64,000 nucleotides of DNA, from assembly GCF_006345805.1 (NCBI RefSeq), contig NC_043003.1, positions 32,302,001-32,366,000 on the forward strand, in the 5' to 3' direction. Below are positions 51,460-64,000 of this stretch, in pieces. The position numbers and the translations under genes were made by a program. This DNA comes from Octopus sinensis (taxonomy: Eukaryota). The notes beneath the pieces are model-generated. The model searched no databases, had not been told where the DNA came from, and saw only the letters and a program-made list of their open reading frames with translations. The first letter of the stretch is position 1, and each line of letters begins with the position of its first letter.

Positions 51460-52010
51460 TGTAAAACTCGGTAAGTCAACTACAGAGACAATGAACATGC
51501 TTTGGCAAGCTTACAGCGACGTGGGAATGGGTCGTACGCAATGTTTCGAACCGCAGCTCAATCAAAACCATACTCTCCGTCGTTTTCAACATCCGCATTA
51601 TTGTCCATCAAGAATTCATCTCCTAGGGCCAGACCATCAATCGAGAGTTCTATTGCGACGTTTTCCAAGTCTTTGACAGAAGACATTTGGCGAAAGCGAC
51701 CAGATCTGCAAGGCTCGAAAGATTGGATTCTTCACGGCAGCAATACACTCATAAGTTTCTAACCAAAACTCAACATGTGATTGCTTCCGCGCCAGCCCTA
51801 TTCGCCAGATTTTCATCTTCCCTAAGATGAAAATACATCTTCCCTAAGATGAAAATACAGCTCAAAATTTGCCGTTTTAACACCGTTGTCAAGATCCAGA
51901 GTACATCGCAGAGGGTCCTCAAATTGTTTACGGAAAACGACTTCCAGACCCGATTAGAAAAGTAGCAGAATCTCTGGGACGAGCGTATTACTGCGCAAGG
52001 TGAATAACGG
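51460..52010 (+). mobile_element. internally deleted mariner remnant
   Basis: KLGKSTTETMNML, IWRKRPDLQGSKDWILH, PYSPDF, IFPKMKIQLK; contains a 22-bp tandem duplication catcttccctaagatgaaaata. Confidence 0.75.
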
Positions 52011-52169
52011 ATAGACAAAGAGGACTGGATATACTTGCTTTAAAGTTTTAAAAGCAATTCTCCAGATGAGTGCCAGTAAAGACGTTTAATGTTCATAGGA
52101 AATACAATCCCTACTGATGGGTACAACAATACACTGATAACATTGATTTCAAATATTGACACATGGCCA

Positions 52170-52720
52170 GACATTTTCGGGAAGGGATAAATCGACTACA
52201 TCAACGCCAGTGTTTAATTGGTACTTTTTTGTATTGTTACCGAAGGGATAAAAAGTAAAGTCAACCACGGCAGCATTTCAACACAGTAGATAAAGATACA
52301 CGAACTACAACTGAGCATTTTGCCCGGCTTGCTTACAATTCTGCCAGCTCACTGCCCAACTACACTGATAATATTGATTTCAAATTTTGACTCAAGGCCA
52401 GCAGATGTGGAAGAGGGACTTAGTCGATTAGGTCGACCTCAGTGTTCAGCTGGAATTATTTTATCGACCCCGTGCTAAGGATTCTGCAAAGTCCCCGCCT
52501 TAAAAGGCATTTTGTCCGTCGATCTCACGATGCTGCGAGTCTACCACATCTCACTACTCTGATAACCCAGCGTCCAACCAGCATTTATTGAATCGAGTCC
52601 GAAACGATAGAACACAAAGTCGGCATCTATAGAATTTGAACTCAAAAAGTTAAGCCGGACGAAATGCTGCTCAGCATATTGCGCGGTGTCCAAAAGGTTT
52701 TCCTAGCTCACCGCGTTCAC
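52170..52720 (-). mobile_element. cluster of decayed SINE family B copies
   Basis: Repeated gtcgac/atcgacccc/aatttgaactc motifs in reverse orientation. Confidence 0.5.
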
Positions 52721-53168
52721 AACACTAATAATGTAGCTCAGTTTCTGTACTAGCTCCGAATTTATTTTGTAGTGAATTCACTTAATTTGAATTTTAGGTT
52801 GTCTTTTTTTATAAAATCCATAAATATCATGCAGTCATTTCTGTACACTCCTGGTAAATTACGTGATTTTCTTCTCTGTCAGTAATCATTTGGCAAGATT
52901 CTTCAATAATACATAGAAACAGACAATTGGTTTATGCGAACGATATGCAATTTTGATATATACTATATGTATATATATCTATATATATATATATATATAG
53001 ATATATATTATATATATATATAGGCATATGTAAACCGCTTACGTTTTTGATTGCAGGCAATTCACAACATATTGCTACATTAATATATATACACAGACAG
53101 ATAGATAAATTGTAGATAGATAGATAGATAATTATGTATATATATATATATATAAATCTATATGTAAT

Positions 53169-53237
<69 letters not shown>

Positions 53238-53264
53238 GCATATATTTATATATATATACATACA

Positions 53265-53435
53265 CGTGTGGTAAGTATCTCCTTACCAACCAAATGTTCC
53301 TGGTTCAGTCCCACTGCTTGGTACCTTGAGCAATGTCTTCTAGTTATAGCTTCGGGCCGACAAAACCTGTGAGTGAATTTGGAAGACGGAAACTGCAAGA
53401 AGACCATTGTATATATAATATATATATATTATATA

Positions 53436-53509
<74 letters not shown>

Positions 53510-53737
53510 GTGTGTGCATATGTCTGTGTGTCTGTTCGTCCACCCCCAACATCACATGACAACCGATGTTGGTCTGTTTACATTCCCGTAACTTAGCGGT
53601 TCGGTAAAATAGACAGACAGAATAAGTACTAAGCTTACAAAGATTAAGCTCTGTGGTCGATTTGGTCGACAAAAGCCGGTGCTCCAGCATGGCCACAGTC
53701 AAATGACTGAAACAAATAAAAGAGTAAAAGAAAAGAC
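53265..53737 (+). mobile_element. full-length SINE family A
   Basis: Head, microsatellite middle and tail ending gaaacaaataaaagagtaaaaga. Confidence 0.75.
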
Positions 53738-53781
53738 TTAATATATGTATGGATGGATGGATGGTTGTATACATATATATA

Positions 53782-53817
<36 letters not shown>

Positions 53818-53982
53818 TATATATAATATATATATAATATATATATATATATATGTATATAATATGTATGTATATATATTATATATATATATATATAATA
53901 TATATATATATATATGCATATGTATATATATATATATATATAATTATATATATTATTACTACATATATATTTATTTATATAT

Positions 53983-54032
<50 letters not shown>

Positions 54033-55020
54033 TATATATATTATATATATATAGTATATGTATATGTATATATATATATCTTCTTCAAACACATTAACTG
54101 TAATTTGTGGGTTTCATCCTGGTAATATGATTTATGAATTCCGAAAATTCTGTTTCAATCATTAATATGATTTCTAAAATCAGATTTCAGATAATTTCTC
54201 TTTCAAGCCTAAAAATGAATTTCGCAAGCTGACAACGAGGAAGTAATTTTCAAAATACTGTAAAACCAGAGTTGCAGATACAGGAATAATACATACTCTA
54301 GTTTCATAGGAATTACGAACTCATTAGACTTTACTTTTGTCTATAAGTTTTAGCTGTGTAAAATCCTTCGAAGTGTTGTTGCTGTTTCCTTCTCTTGCGT
54401 GTAGAAATCAATATATCATCGAATACTATGTCGAAATATAAAATCGATTTTTAAAGTTATGGAACTGATGTCGTCGAAGTTGCAGTAAACAATATGAATG
54501 CATATTTAACTGAATTGCGATCTATATGCTCCATATATAGTAGCTCTTGGAATCAAGGAATGATTTATTACTTAGGTACAATATTTACCAATTTATAGGA
54601 AAATGGATTTATATGCTGTTTGTATCAATGATTTTGTCGACTTAATTGGAGCAAAATATCTTCAATGCAGAGTGAAAAGCAGTTAAGCAACTCAAAAGTC
54701 TGGGAAGCTACGTTTCGCTCGACAGACGTTGAAAACGCGACTACGTCACTCTCTTCACACACCTATATATAACCGTTTGAATAAACATCAGTTGAAGACG
54801 AACCCAATAGGATTTAGATACCAAATATATCATATGCCTTCCGGCATATTACTACTTCGTACATTCTATAGATTCAATAACAGTTTTAGTGATAACTACA
54901 AAATCCTCATTACTGCAGACTTCTTACCCACACGTGCGCACGCTCACACACAAACACAGACAGACACAAATATGTATATATACATATATTTGTACTTATA
55001 TTATACACAATATATTTATA

Positions 55021-55061
<41 letters not shown>

Positions 55062-55158
55062 TTTGCCTATATATATATATGCATATATGTATGCATGTAT
55101 TTATTTATGTATTTATGAATGTATGTCTCTATCTGTCTGTCTGTCTATCCATCTATCT

Positions 55159-55210
<52 letters not shown>

Positions 55211-55289
55211 CTTATCTATTTATCTATCTATATCTATATACACACACACGCTACGCACACACACATATGCACACACGCACACACACATG

Positions 55290-55653
55290 CACATTGGTGC
55301 AATCATAGTTATATGGTAACAAGTTTTGCTTCCCAGTCGAATGGTCTCTGATTTAGTCAAACTCTGTGGCACCATGGCCAAGTGTCTTGCACTATAGCGT
55401 CGCCCCAATGAAAACTTTAAGTATATTCAGCAGATGGAAACTGAAAAGAAGCCCGTCGTATATATATATACATACATATACATACATTGTATATATGGGT
55501 AAACACTGACACAAAGAAGCACACACACACATATATATATGCATGTATATATGTATGTATGTATTTATACACACACACACATATATATGTATATCTCTCT
55601 CTCTCTATATATATGTATGTATATATATATATACATATAAATATATATATACG

Positions 55654-55705
<52 letters not shown>

Positions 55706-55930
55706 GTATATATATATTTATATGTATATATATATACATACATATATATATATAGAGAGAGATATACATATATATGTGTCTGTGTATAAATACATACATA
55801 CATATATACATGCATATATATGTGTGTGTGTGCTTCTTTGTGTCAGTGTTTACCCATCCCCCACCGCCTGAAACCGGTGTCGGTGTGTTTACCTCCACGT
55901 AACGTAGAGGTTCGTAAAAAGACTGGCTTG
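55290..55930 (+). mobile_element. SINE family A whose internal microsatellite is a foldback palindrome
   Basis: Head 55290-55460, tail 55830-55930; 55495-55857 is an inverted repeat. Confidence 0.65.
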
Positions 55931-56729
55931 CGGGAAAAATATAATTTGTGTAGTCGATTCGTTCATCTAAATCTCCTCCAAGTCGGTAACCCTGAATGAC
56001 CGCTGTCTAATGATAGAAACACTTTATTATACATATGTCAATCTGTATATACTTAAAATGTGGATGTATTATTGGAACACCAAATGATGAGGTACTCCCC
56101 CTGAGAGGTTCTCTCATATAGGCGTACGGTATTAAGAGCACAGTAATATATATCTTAGCAAACGAGAAGTATTTCATATGCGAACAGAAACTGCCTTATC
56201 ACGTGGTGTCATGATCCTGCGCTCCCTCGATTCAAGGTATCTGGTCCCGTATACTGACCAATTCTATTTGCAAACGACATGTATATTAACATTGACTTTT
56301 CACTCACTGAAATCGCAAATTGCCAAGGCGCTTCTTAAGAAAGAAGCATAGTGCGCTAAAATCCGGTGACCATTATTCAGTGTACCTAATAATACATCTT
56401 CGTATATAGGATATAAAGATGGTCATTCGATAGTGATATTTCTGCGGTAGCTAGTATTTTCACCAAACAATCTCTAGCGGGATATTAGCTCCTCGGTTAC
56501 AACCGTAAAACAAAAGAAACTATATAGAGAAGTAAAACCTGAGGCTGCATAATTAAATGTCTCCAAGGAAATATGTCTTGAGAGAAAGCTTCACCCCATT
56601 CGTAGGAGCTTTAAAAAAAACTGATTTTAGTGAATTGTCAAGTCTAACATTTCATCGGATCACAGTTTTTCTTGTATCCCGTTGGTATCTCGTTTAATCC
56701 TAAATGTCCAATTTGTTTTTTGCTACCTT

Positions 56730-56778
<49 letters not shown>

Positions 56779-56779
56779 A

Positions 56780-56822
<43 letters not shown>

Positions 56823-56823
56823 A

Positions 56824-56859
<36 letters not shown>

Positions 56860-57717
56860 CATCTTTTCTAGTGTCGTTTCAATGAAAAATATATAATTTC
56901 CATTCGCGAATTCAAATATGGCCTTAAAAAATTTTTGAAAAAGAAAATCAATTGGCTCATGTTATGAAAGAATAAGCTTCTCGTATGGACTTAATATGAA
57001 GAAATTGTTTTATCTGGAAGGAAAGGATTTTACCTATATCAGAGTTGCTTCTCTGCGATCGCCTATTCGAAATCAACGTCAATAGTGTTTTAATACCAAC
57101 ACATCTAAAAGTGAAATGTGTCTAAGAAATGTAATTGTTTGTCATGCATTTTCTGATATAATTTTCAATTTAATTCTCCGACCAAATAACCAACACGTTT
57201 GCTCTCAAAAATCCTGTACCATCACCTTATAGATGGAGGTATGCGACAAAAACTGTCTGGATTGGTTGTCATGAAGTTGAAATAGAAGAGTAATGTGAAA
57301 GGACATCTGAGTAAAAGGATGTTTGGTAGAAAAAGTATCTTCTTGTGAATACAATAGTGTATAGCAAACTTAATGTAATTATAGGCAATTACCCACATTA
57401 GTTGTAAGACACTGGGAAATACATAATTACCTCGTAAATCTAACAGTGTTTAATTAACACGTGCGTCTTAGCGATGAGTTTACAATGTAAATTACATGTT
57501 TGTGTGTATGTGTGTGTATTTACATATGTATGTATGTTAAAACATCAATGTTCGCTTTTTCAACAAAGTTGGATATAATTTTCTAGATATAAAAGTGCCA
57601 AGTCACTTTTACTGCCACTATTAAAGATACTTGTCATTTATAAATAATATATATGAATACATGTGTAACTGAGGAATAGTCGTACATGAGTTTATGCATC
57701 TATACCTTGTATGTATT

Positions 57718-57759
<42 letters not shown>

Positions 57760-58504
57760 TAAATAAACTTACATATGTTTCGACCAAAGTCTGGCCCAGG
57801 CCTTGTCTAGCTTAATAGAACACCACCTGATAGGATTATCTAAATCGTGTTTAAGTCAAGTTTTGTTTATTGGTCCATTCAAGTAGTGAGTTCTTGTTGA
57901 GTGAGATGTATCCAGGTATGGGTGGCTTATCCAGTATTCCTTGAAGAAATCTGTCCAACACACGAAACCATAGGATATATTAGCTTCTGAAGGGCATAAT
58001 ATTTAACGGTATAATTTTAATTACTTAATTCTTTACCCGTTTCCCTGTCTTACTGTTATTTTCAGTTATTTTGGTGATTTTGGTGGTTGAATCGGAACTT
58101 TAACTCCTATTTCTAAACAGGATGATGCTTTGTGCATCCATATGCTTTTGCTAATATTTAAATTTATAGCTATATAATGCTATTAAACATGGAATCGCCT
58201 ATATTGCTGTTGATATTATTATCAAATACAAATATTCGCCACAGGTAATATTAACAACAGTAATATCTAACATATATATATATATTGAGGTTTAATAAAA
58301 CGACAAGAAGCGGAAATTATGACATATATATATATATATATATTTCTTTACGAATGATTTTGATATACCGTGCCGAGTTTTTCAATCTTGTAAATAGTAA
58401 TGATAGTATTTATATAAGTTTAAAGCTTATAGCGATCACCGTGCAATGACTAAGGAAAATAGTCTATTAATGGAGCATATAATCCCACGACAGAAAAAAG
58501 TAGG

Positions 58505-58865
58505 CTATCCCAGCCTTCAGGTTTGAGCTCCTGCGTGTAATGGGGTTCCATACAATTCATTATGCAACACCGTACGTATTGTGTGTCTTGACGTGTTGAC
58601 ATTTGCTGGCTGCGATTGAATATTTCCTGCACTGTTACCACGTTTTTCGCTGATCGTGATGTGGTTTGACGGCCACTTCTTGAATCGTTCACAGAGCCCG
58701 TGGTCAACGGCTTTGCATGACAACATTTCATTGTCTCCGTCGTAGTGTTGCATGCATACCTTTCATGCACGCCACCGATCTGAACCAAAACAATGGGATT
58801 CCACACTTCATAGCGTGCTGCTATCCTAGCTCGCTCCTGAACAGTCAAGCTGCCGGCCATCTGGA
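58505..58865 (-). mobile_element. Tc1-like transposase N-terminal fragment (DUF4817-type HTH)
   Basis: MAGSLTVQERARIAARYEVW...TTGSVNDSRSGRQTTSRS..NV.TV..IF.RS...STRQ...HYTQELKPE. Confidence 0.7.
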
Positions 58866-60795
58866 AAATAAGAAAAGAGAAATAAGACAATAAGAAAATA
58901 AGAAATCCCCATTCGTGTTGTCTGCTTAAAAAATATTTTCGTCATGATTTCAATGATACTAATAACTGAACTTTGTTTTATTTTTTATTTTTTATTTTTG
59001 TCAACACTTATAAGAATGTTAAAACGATCGTGCTAACCAAAATTGCTACCAGTAACATACGGGAAGTCACGATAACACACACTACTTTCGGGAAAGATTA
59101 AACTTGCCACTGGAGCAACAAATCATATTTTTAGAAATCTAGGTTAAGTTTTTTATGTTGTCATATATTTTGCCTGAACGCTAGTGTTTCTTTGTTAGAG
59201 TTCCTATAATATTCTTTGTAGATAGTTTATATAATTTAATGCTGGTATATTCGGGATTATACACACTCTTATACACACGTATATATATCTTCATGCTTGC
59301 ATACATACACACACATAAAATTGTACGTACACGCATACAGACAACGACACGCGTATGTATCACATGCGCTTCCGAATAAATATACATACTCAAGACAGCC
59401 GTTTACTTCATTTGCATACCGACTGCTATGCAGATGCCTTGATATGAACCTGCAACCAAAAAGATTCTCGGGTATGTATCCGCCTCAGAATATATGGTGT
59501 TGTCTTTGTTGATCAATCTTGTTAGATGTGTGATTAATTATTATAAGAGTTCGGAATGTGGAACGGCTACCTATCCAGGCCTGGTTGCAAGATGATTCTA
59601 ACCAAGTGAGTATGTGTTTTACGATTGGAATAAAATAAGATTATTCACATGCGGACTTTTAGACGTTGGAGCTAGTTTCATACAATGTTATGAATGAGTA
59701 TCTATGAACAGGATATTGAGCTCAGTATGCATGCGTGCTAATCTCTATTCTTCGATAAAATGTCTACGTAGTTTATGAAATAAGCTGATCTATTTCACCT
59801 CTAGGTGTGCTCCTATACAGTATGAGCTTATATGATCTGATCGGACTATATATAAATACACATATATTCCATCCTCAAAATATAGGGTTGTACCGAGACG
59901 ATGGGCTATTCACATAAATCATACTTCATATTCACACACTAGATAATTGTAAAAAAATTCTCGGAACGTATGTTTAACTGCATGTGCTTAAATAAAATAC
60001 GGTAACTATAAATTTGGGTTAAACGACTTCTTTAGAGGGACATCTAGTAAAAGAATGCGGTACTTGCAAGACCTTGCACAAATCTGATGAATAACCTATA
60101 AATATAAACCCAATGCTATCACATTATCCCACTATTATCTTTAAAATCTTCGTAACTAATATATGGAAAAGGAATTCTAGTTTTTCATCTTATAAAGATA
60201 TTTTAATTAGGCATCCCCTTACTAAGAGAGGTCCGTGGCAGATAACGGCTTGTTTTGATGTTTATCAGGCCGATATTTATCTTTTATTTATTTTTTGACT
60301 TAGAGATAGTTTTAATAATTTGTGATGTAACATGAATGCCATTAATCGCTTTACTACAATCTTCGGTACTACCATTCAGAATTCGAGCATTCATCTTCGA
60401 CAAAAAGGAAAAAAGAGAAGAAATATTCCGAACTGGATGGCGACTCTTACGCAAACATATCAGTTGATGTAATTACACATGGTTATTAGCTTCTTTTTGT
60501 GGAGGGTTTATATCGGTATCAGTATTTGACAGGCACTTTGTTTAATCGACACCTAACATTTCAAAGACTAAGTTGCTCTTGGTTCGATTTCAAACCGAAG
60601 CGTAAACACTCAAAACAAATATGCAAAACTTTTTTTACCGAAGCGGTATTAATTCTGCTAGCTCGCCACAATCAATCAAACAACTGGTATATCGTATTAC
60701 AACGTTGTAAAAAGCAGCTAGGATGCTCCTATATAACCGTACTACCAAAACTAAAAATAAAAAAGCTATATATATATATATACACACATATATGC

Positions 60796-61125
60796 AGAGA
60801 CCCCCTTCGGTCATGACTGACCATGGGATTGCACCTAGAAAGTTACCCTCCCAGGTACAAATCCGGGCCTGGTTGTTTATGGAAGACCAGCAGTCACTCA
60901 TGCATACCGGCCTCCCCTCTCCACGCCACCAGTGTTATCCAAGGGAAAGGCAAAGGCCGATACAGCTTGGCACCTGTGACGTCGCAACTCATTTCTACAG
61001 CTGAGTGAACTGGAGTAACGTGAAATAAAGTGTCTTTTTCAAGAACACAGCACGCAGCCCGTTCCGGGATTCGAACTCACAACCTCACGATCGTGTGCTC
61101 GACGCTCTAACCACTGAGCCATGAG

Positions 61126-61126
<1 letters not shown>
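60796..61126 (-). mobile_element. tRNA-derived SINE family C (full length)
   Basis: Minus-strand head TGGCTCAGTGGTTAGAGCG (A box) ... GTTCGAATCC (B box), followed by a ~260-bp non-tRNA body; no acceptor stem. Confidence 0.8.
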
Positions 61127-61191
<65 letters not shown>

Positions 61192-62150
61192 CACACACAC
61201 TCGCATATATATATACATACATGCATACATACATACATGCTTACATACATACATGCATGCATACATGCATGCATACATACATACATACATGCATACATAC
61301 ATACATACATACATACATACGTACATAATACGTACAATACATGCATGCATACATACATACATACATACATACATACATACATACATACATACATACATAC
61401 ATACATACTTATGTATGTATGTATGTATATCCTGTTGGTGTTGACTGTCGGAGAAAAGAGTACTCAGTAAGTAACATAGGAGATATTAATAATGTATTTC
61501 ACTTTGGACGACGAAGTCTCTTCCTACTCTTAGTCTGGCCTCTGCATATATATGTGAAAATCAGAGAGTAGCGAGAGTAATTTTCTTGTAAAAGAAAGGA
61601 TAGGAAAATATGGCTAAACAAAGGGAACAGAACAGGACTGCTAGAGGTTTATAAAGAGACCGATACAGAAAAGGTACAGAGAAAAATATGAAGAGAGCGA
61701 CAAGGAAACATAGAGAGAGATGTTGAACGAATCATACACAGAGAGTGAAAGATGAAGTGATTTAGAGAAGCCGGTAGAAAATTATAGAGAACTTACAGAG
61801 AAAACTATATATACATAGATATGGAATAATCGAGGGAGACAGAGAGAGAAAGAGATAGGAATCTAACAGTGTGAGAGTTAGAATGTGACGAAGGGAGAGA
61901 TACAATGTCTGAAGCAAAGACAAATTGAAAAAGAGAGAAAAAGAGAGAGATAGAGAGGGGGAATAACAAAAGAGAGAGATAGAGACAATGACACAGAGGG
62001 TGAGAAAGTGATGGACAGATAAAGATAGAGAAAGCGAGGAGTCGTTGATGGAGAGAAAATAACCGATTGAGACAAATAGAGAAAATCTATGAGACATAGA
62101 TTAAAGACAGACATTGATAGAGATGTAGATCGGTTAAAGACGGAGAAATG

Positions 62151-62200
<50 letters not shown>

Positions 62201-62819
62201 GTGTGTGTGTTTGTGGAAGTGGAGAAAGATTCAGCTAGTGAGGAAAACACAGGCAGTAAGACAGGGGGATTGACAGATAGGAGGAAGATAGAGGGAGAGA
62301 GAGAGAGAAAGTGATACGAAGAAAGAAGCATAAAGGAGAGAGACCTTGACAGCGCGATGGGGAGAAGAAGAAACTGAGGACGCTTTTGTGTCAAAGTGTT
62401 GAAAGCTTCCATATTTTATATCACAAACCAAACAAACATCGCTAAAGAAATATAAGCAAAATATTCTAACAAAATATTGATGCACAGAATGAAATGGGAA
62501 GTGAGGAGTCATCATTATATTCGCTGTTAACGTATTTATAAATTTAATTTGATTATATACAGAAAAATAGCAAAATTAATTAAAATTTTATGGTACATAA
62601 TTTAGCATTGTCACTCTTGTTCCTGCACCTGTAATGGTTGTCATTGACGTTGCCAATGTTGGTTTTCTTGTTGTTATTGTAGATTATGGGGTTAATCTTA
62701 TTAATGTAATGTTATTAAGGTCGAGGTTAAAGTTTCATGGAATATTGAATTTTAAATTTGTACTTGCTCCTATTTTGTTATAATTTTCCCTCGATGAAAT
62801 GCAACGTATTTTTTCTTAA

Positions 62820-63330
62820 GGCAATGTATTGTACTGTAAATGGATAAAACATTCAACCTGCTGACACATTCACCTACCTCGGCAGCATTCTTTCATCAAC
62901 AGGAAACATCAGCACAATCTCAAAAGAAGGATCTCAGAACCCATTACTGTCATTAGCAGACATCGGAAAATGCAGACCAATCAACCTCATATTTATGCAG
63001 ACCAATCACCCTCAAATATAGTGAATGTCTATTGCGCAACGCTTCTTACAATCCACTTACATGTCTAGATATTTTATAGGATATTACAAGGATGATTCAG
63101 AGATACTTTTACATAGAGTGTCTTTGCATAGTTCTGCACATTCGTTGGAAGAAATCCATTGACACCGAAGTACTTCAGTAAAACTGAATATGGATGTGGC
63201 AGCTCAAGAGAGTTCAATCAGTTTGAGAACGCCTTGGGAAGATGGTCAGTCCGTATTAGCGGCAGGCAAGATCATCCTATCACAAATGACTTCACTAAGT
63301 ACAAATTTGTTAGTAAAAGTGCGATATCGG
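62820..63330 (+). mobile_element. old RTE-like LINE RT C-terminal fragment
   Basis: NIQPADTFTYLGSILSSTG, CLCIVLHIRW..., decayed RW.G motif; many stops. Confidence 0.55.
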
Positions 63331-64000
63331 GAGACAAATAGAGTATTCAAGAAGAGTATAAATGTAATTCCAAAAGACTCCAATCAGCATTGTTGATTCA
63401 TGAGACCTGCTTTCCTAATACCGACAAATTCCACAATCTAATTCATCCTAATGAGTTGGGAGTAAAAGACTCTACATTGAGTCTTGATGGAAGAATATAT
63501 TGTAAAACAGCAGATTTTTCAAATATGAACTCCATATTAGACCTTATAGAGTAGATCTATGATCAAATTATCCAATTCTGATTTCCTTTCAAGATATCAA
63601 TACACGATTTGTGGAAGGGAAATTTAGCTCCTACTTCCTTCTGAGGGTGGAGCCCATATGGACTGGAATGAATGGCAAGAAGTACAGCTCAGCTGTTTTT
63701 TTTTTCATTTGCGAACATTGTAGTACCAATGTATAAATAGTATGAGAATGTGTATTTTTAATTCTAACATTTCCATGTTATACATTTTCTCAATAGTTTT
63801 ACTTGGGGAGCTTAGTTTGTGTAGAAAAATATATAACAAAGTGAACCTTGTTATATTGCCATTGTAATATATGTTACTTCCGTTTCTGTTTCAACTACTG
63901 CTGCTACTTCTAGTGTAGCATTTGTTTGTATCCCAATTATAAAAGCGCTTTGAAGGACACTAAAACTATTATATTCATTTTCTGCAAGAATATTTTTCTC

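Noticed and set aside
61040-61126. tRNA gene (A and B boxes); similar heads at ~5190, ~15660 and ~41780
   Set aside because: No acceptor stem or cloverleaf closure, and the sequence continues into a repeat body, so these are SINE heads
590-62515. Dozens of ORFs rich in YI/IY, CV, HT, poly-I/M/D/S/L/Y
   Set aside because: They are translations of di-, tri- and tetranucleotide microsatellites that lack stops; no protein-like composition

Overview
AT-rich, microsatellite-dense eukaryotic DNA with no confidently identifiable host protein-coding gene. The SINE and LINE families resemble those I recall from octopus genomes; this is an inference from memory, not a database result. The window is mainly transposon remnants: several mariner/Tc1 copies (one full-length but decayed, with TIRs), a near-intact 5'-truncated Dong/R4-clade LINE (RT, zinc knuckle, RLE) between (TAA)n tracts, other R4, Tx1/L1 and RTE fragments, and many tRNA-derived SINEs. 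The main finding is a tandem array of ~403-bp units (47993-49877) inside a (TA)n tract. Each unit carries on the minus strand a complete minimal type I hammerhead ribozyme (CUGAAGA-stem II-GAAAC-UGCA-GUA, 5-bp stem I), giving five ribozymes. This is the architecture of a non-LTR retrozyme that could yield ~400-nt circular RNAs. Two further Penelope-type hammerhead families occur as inverted pairs, one with a non-canonical CUGUGGA core. There are also two long foldback palindromes and a ~915-bp tandem duplication. Most ORFs in the supplied track are microsatellite translation artefacts. Repeat boundaries are approximate unless stated.
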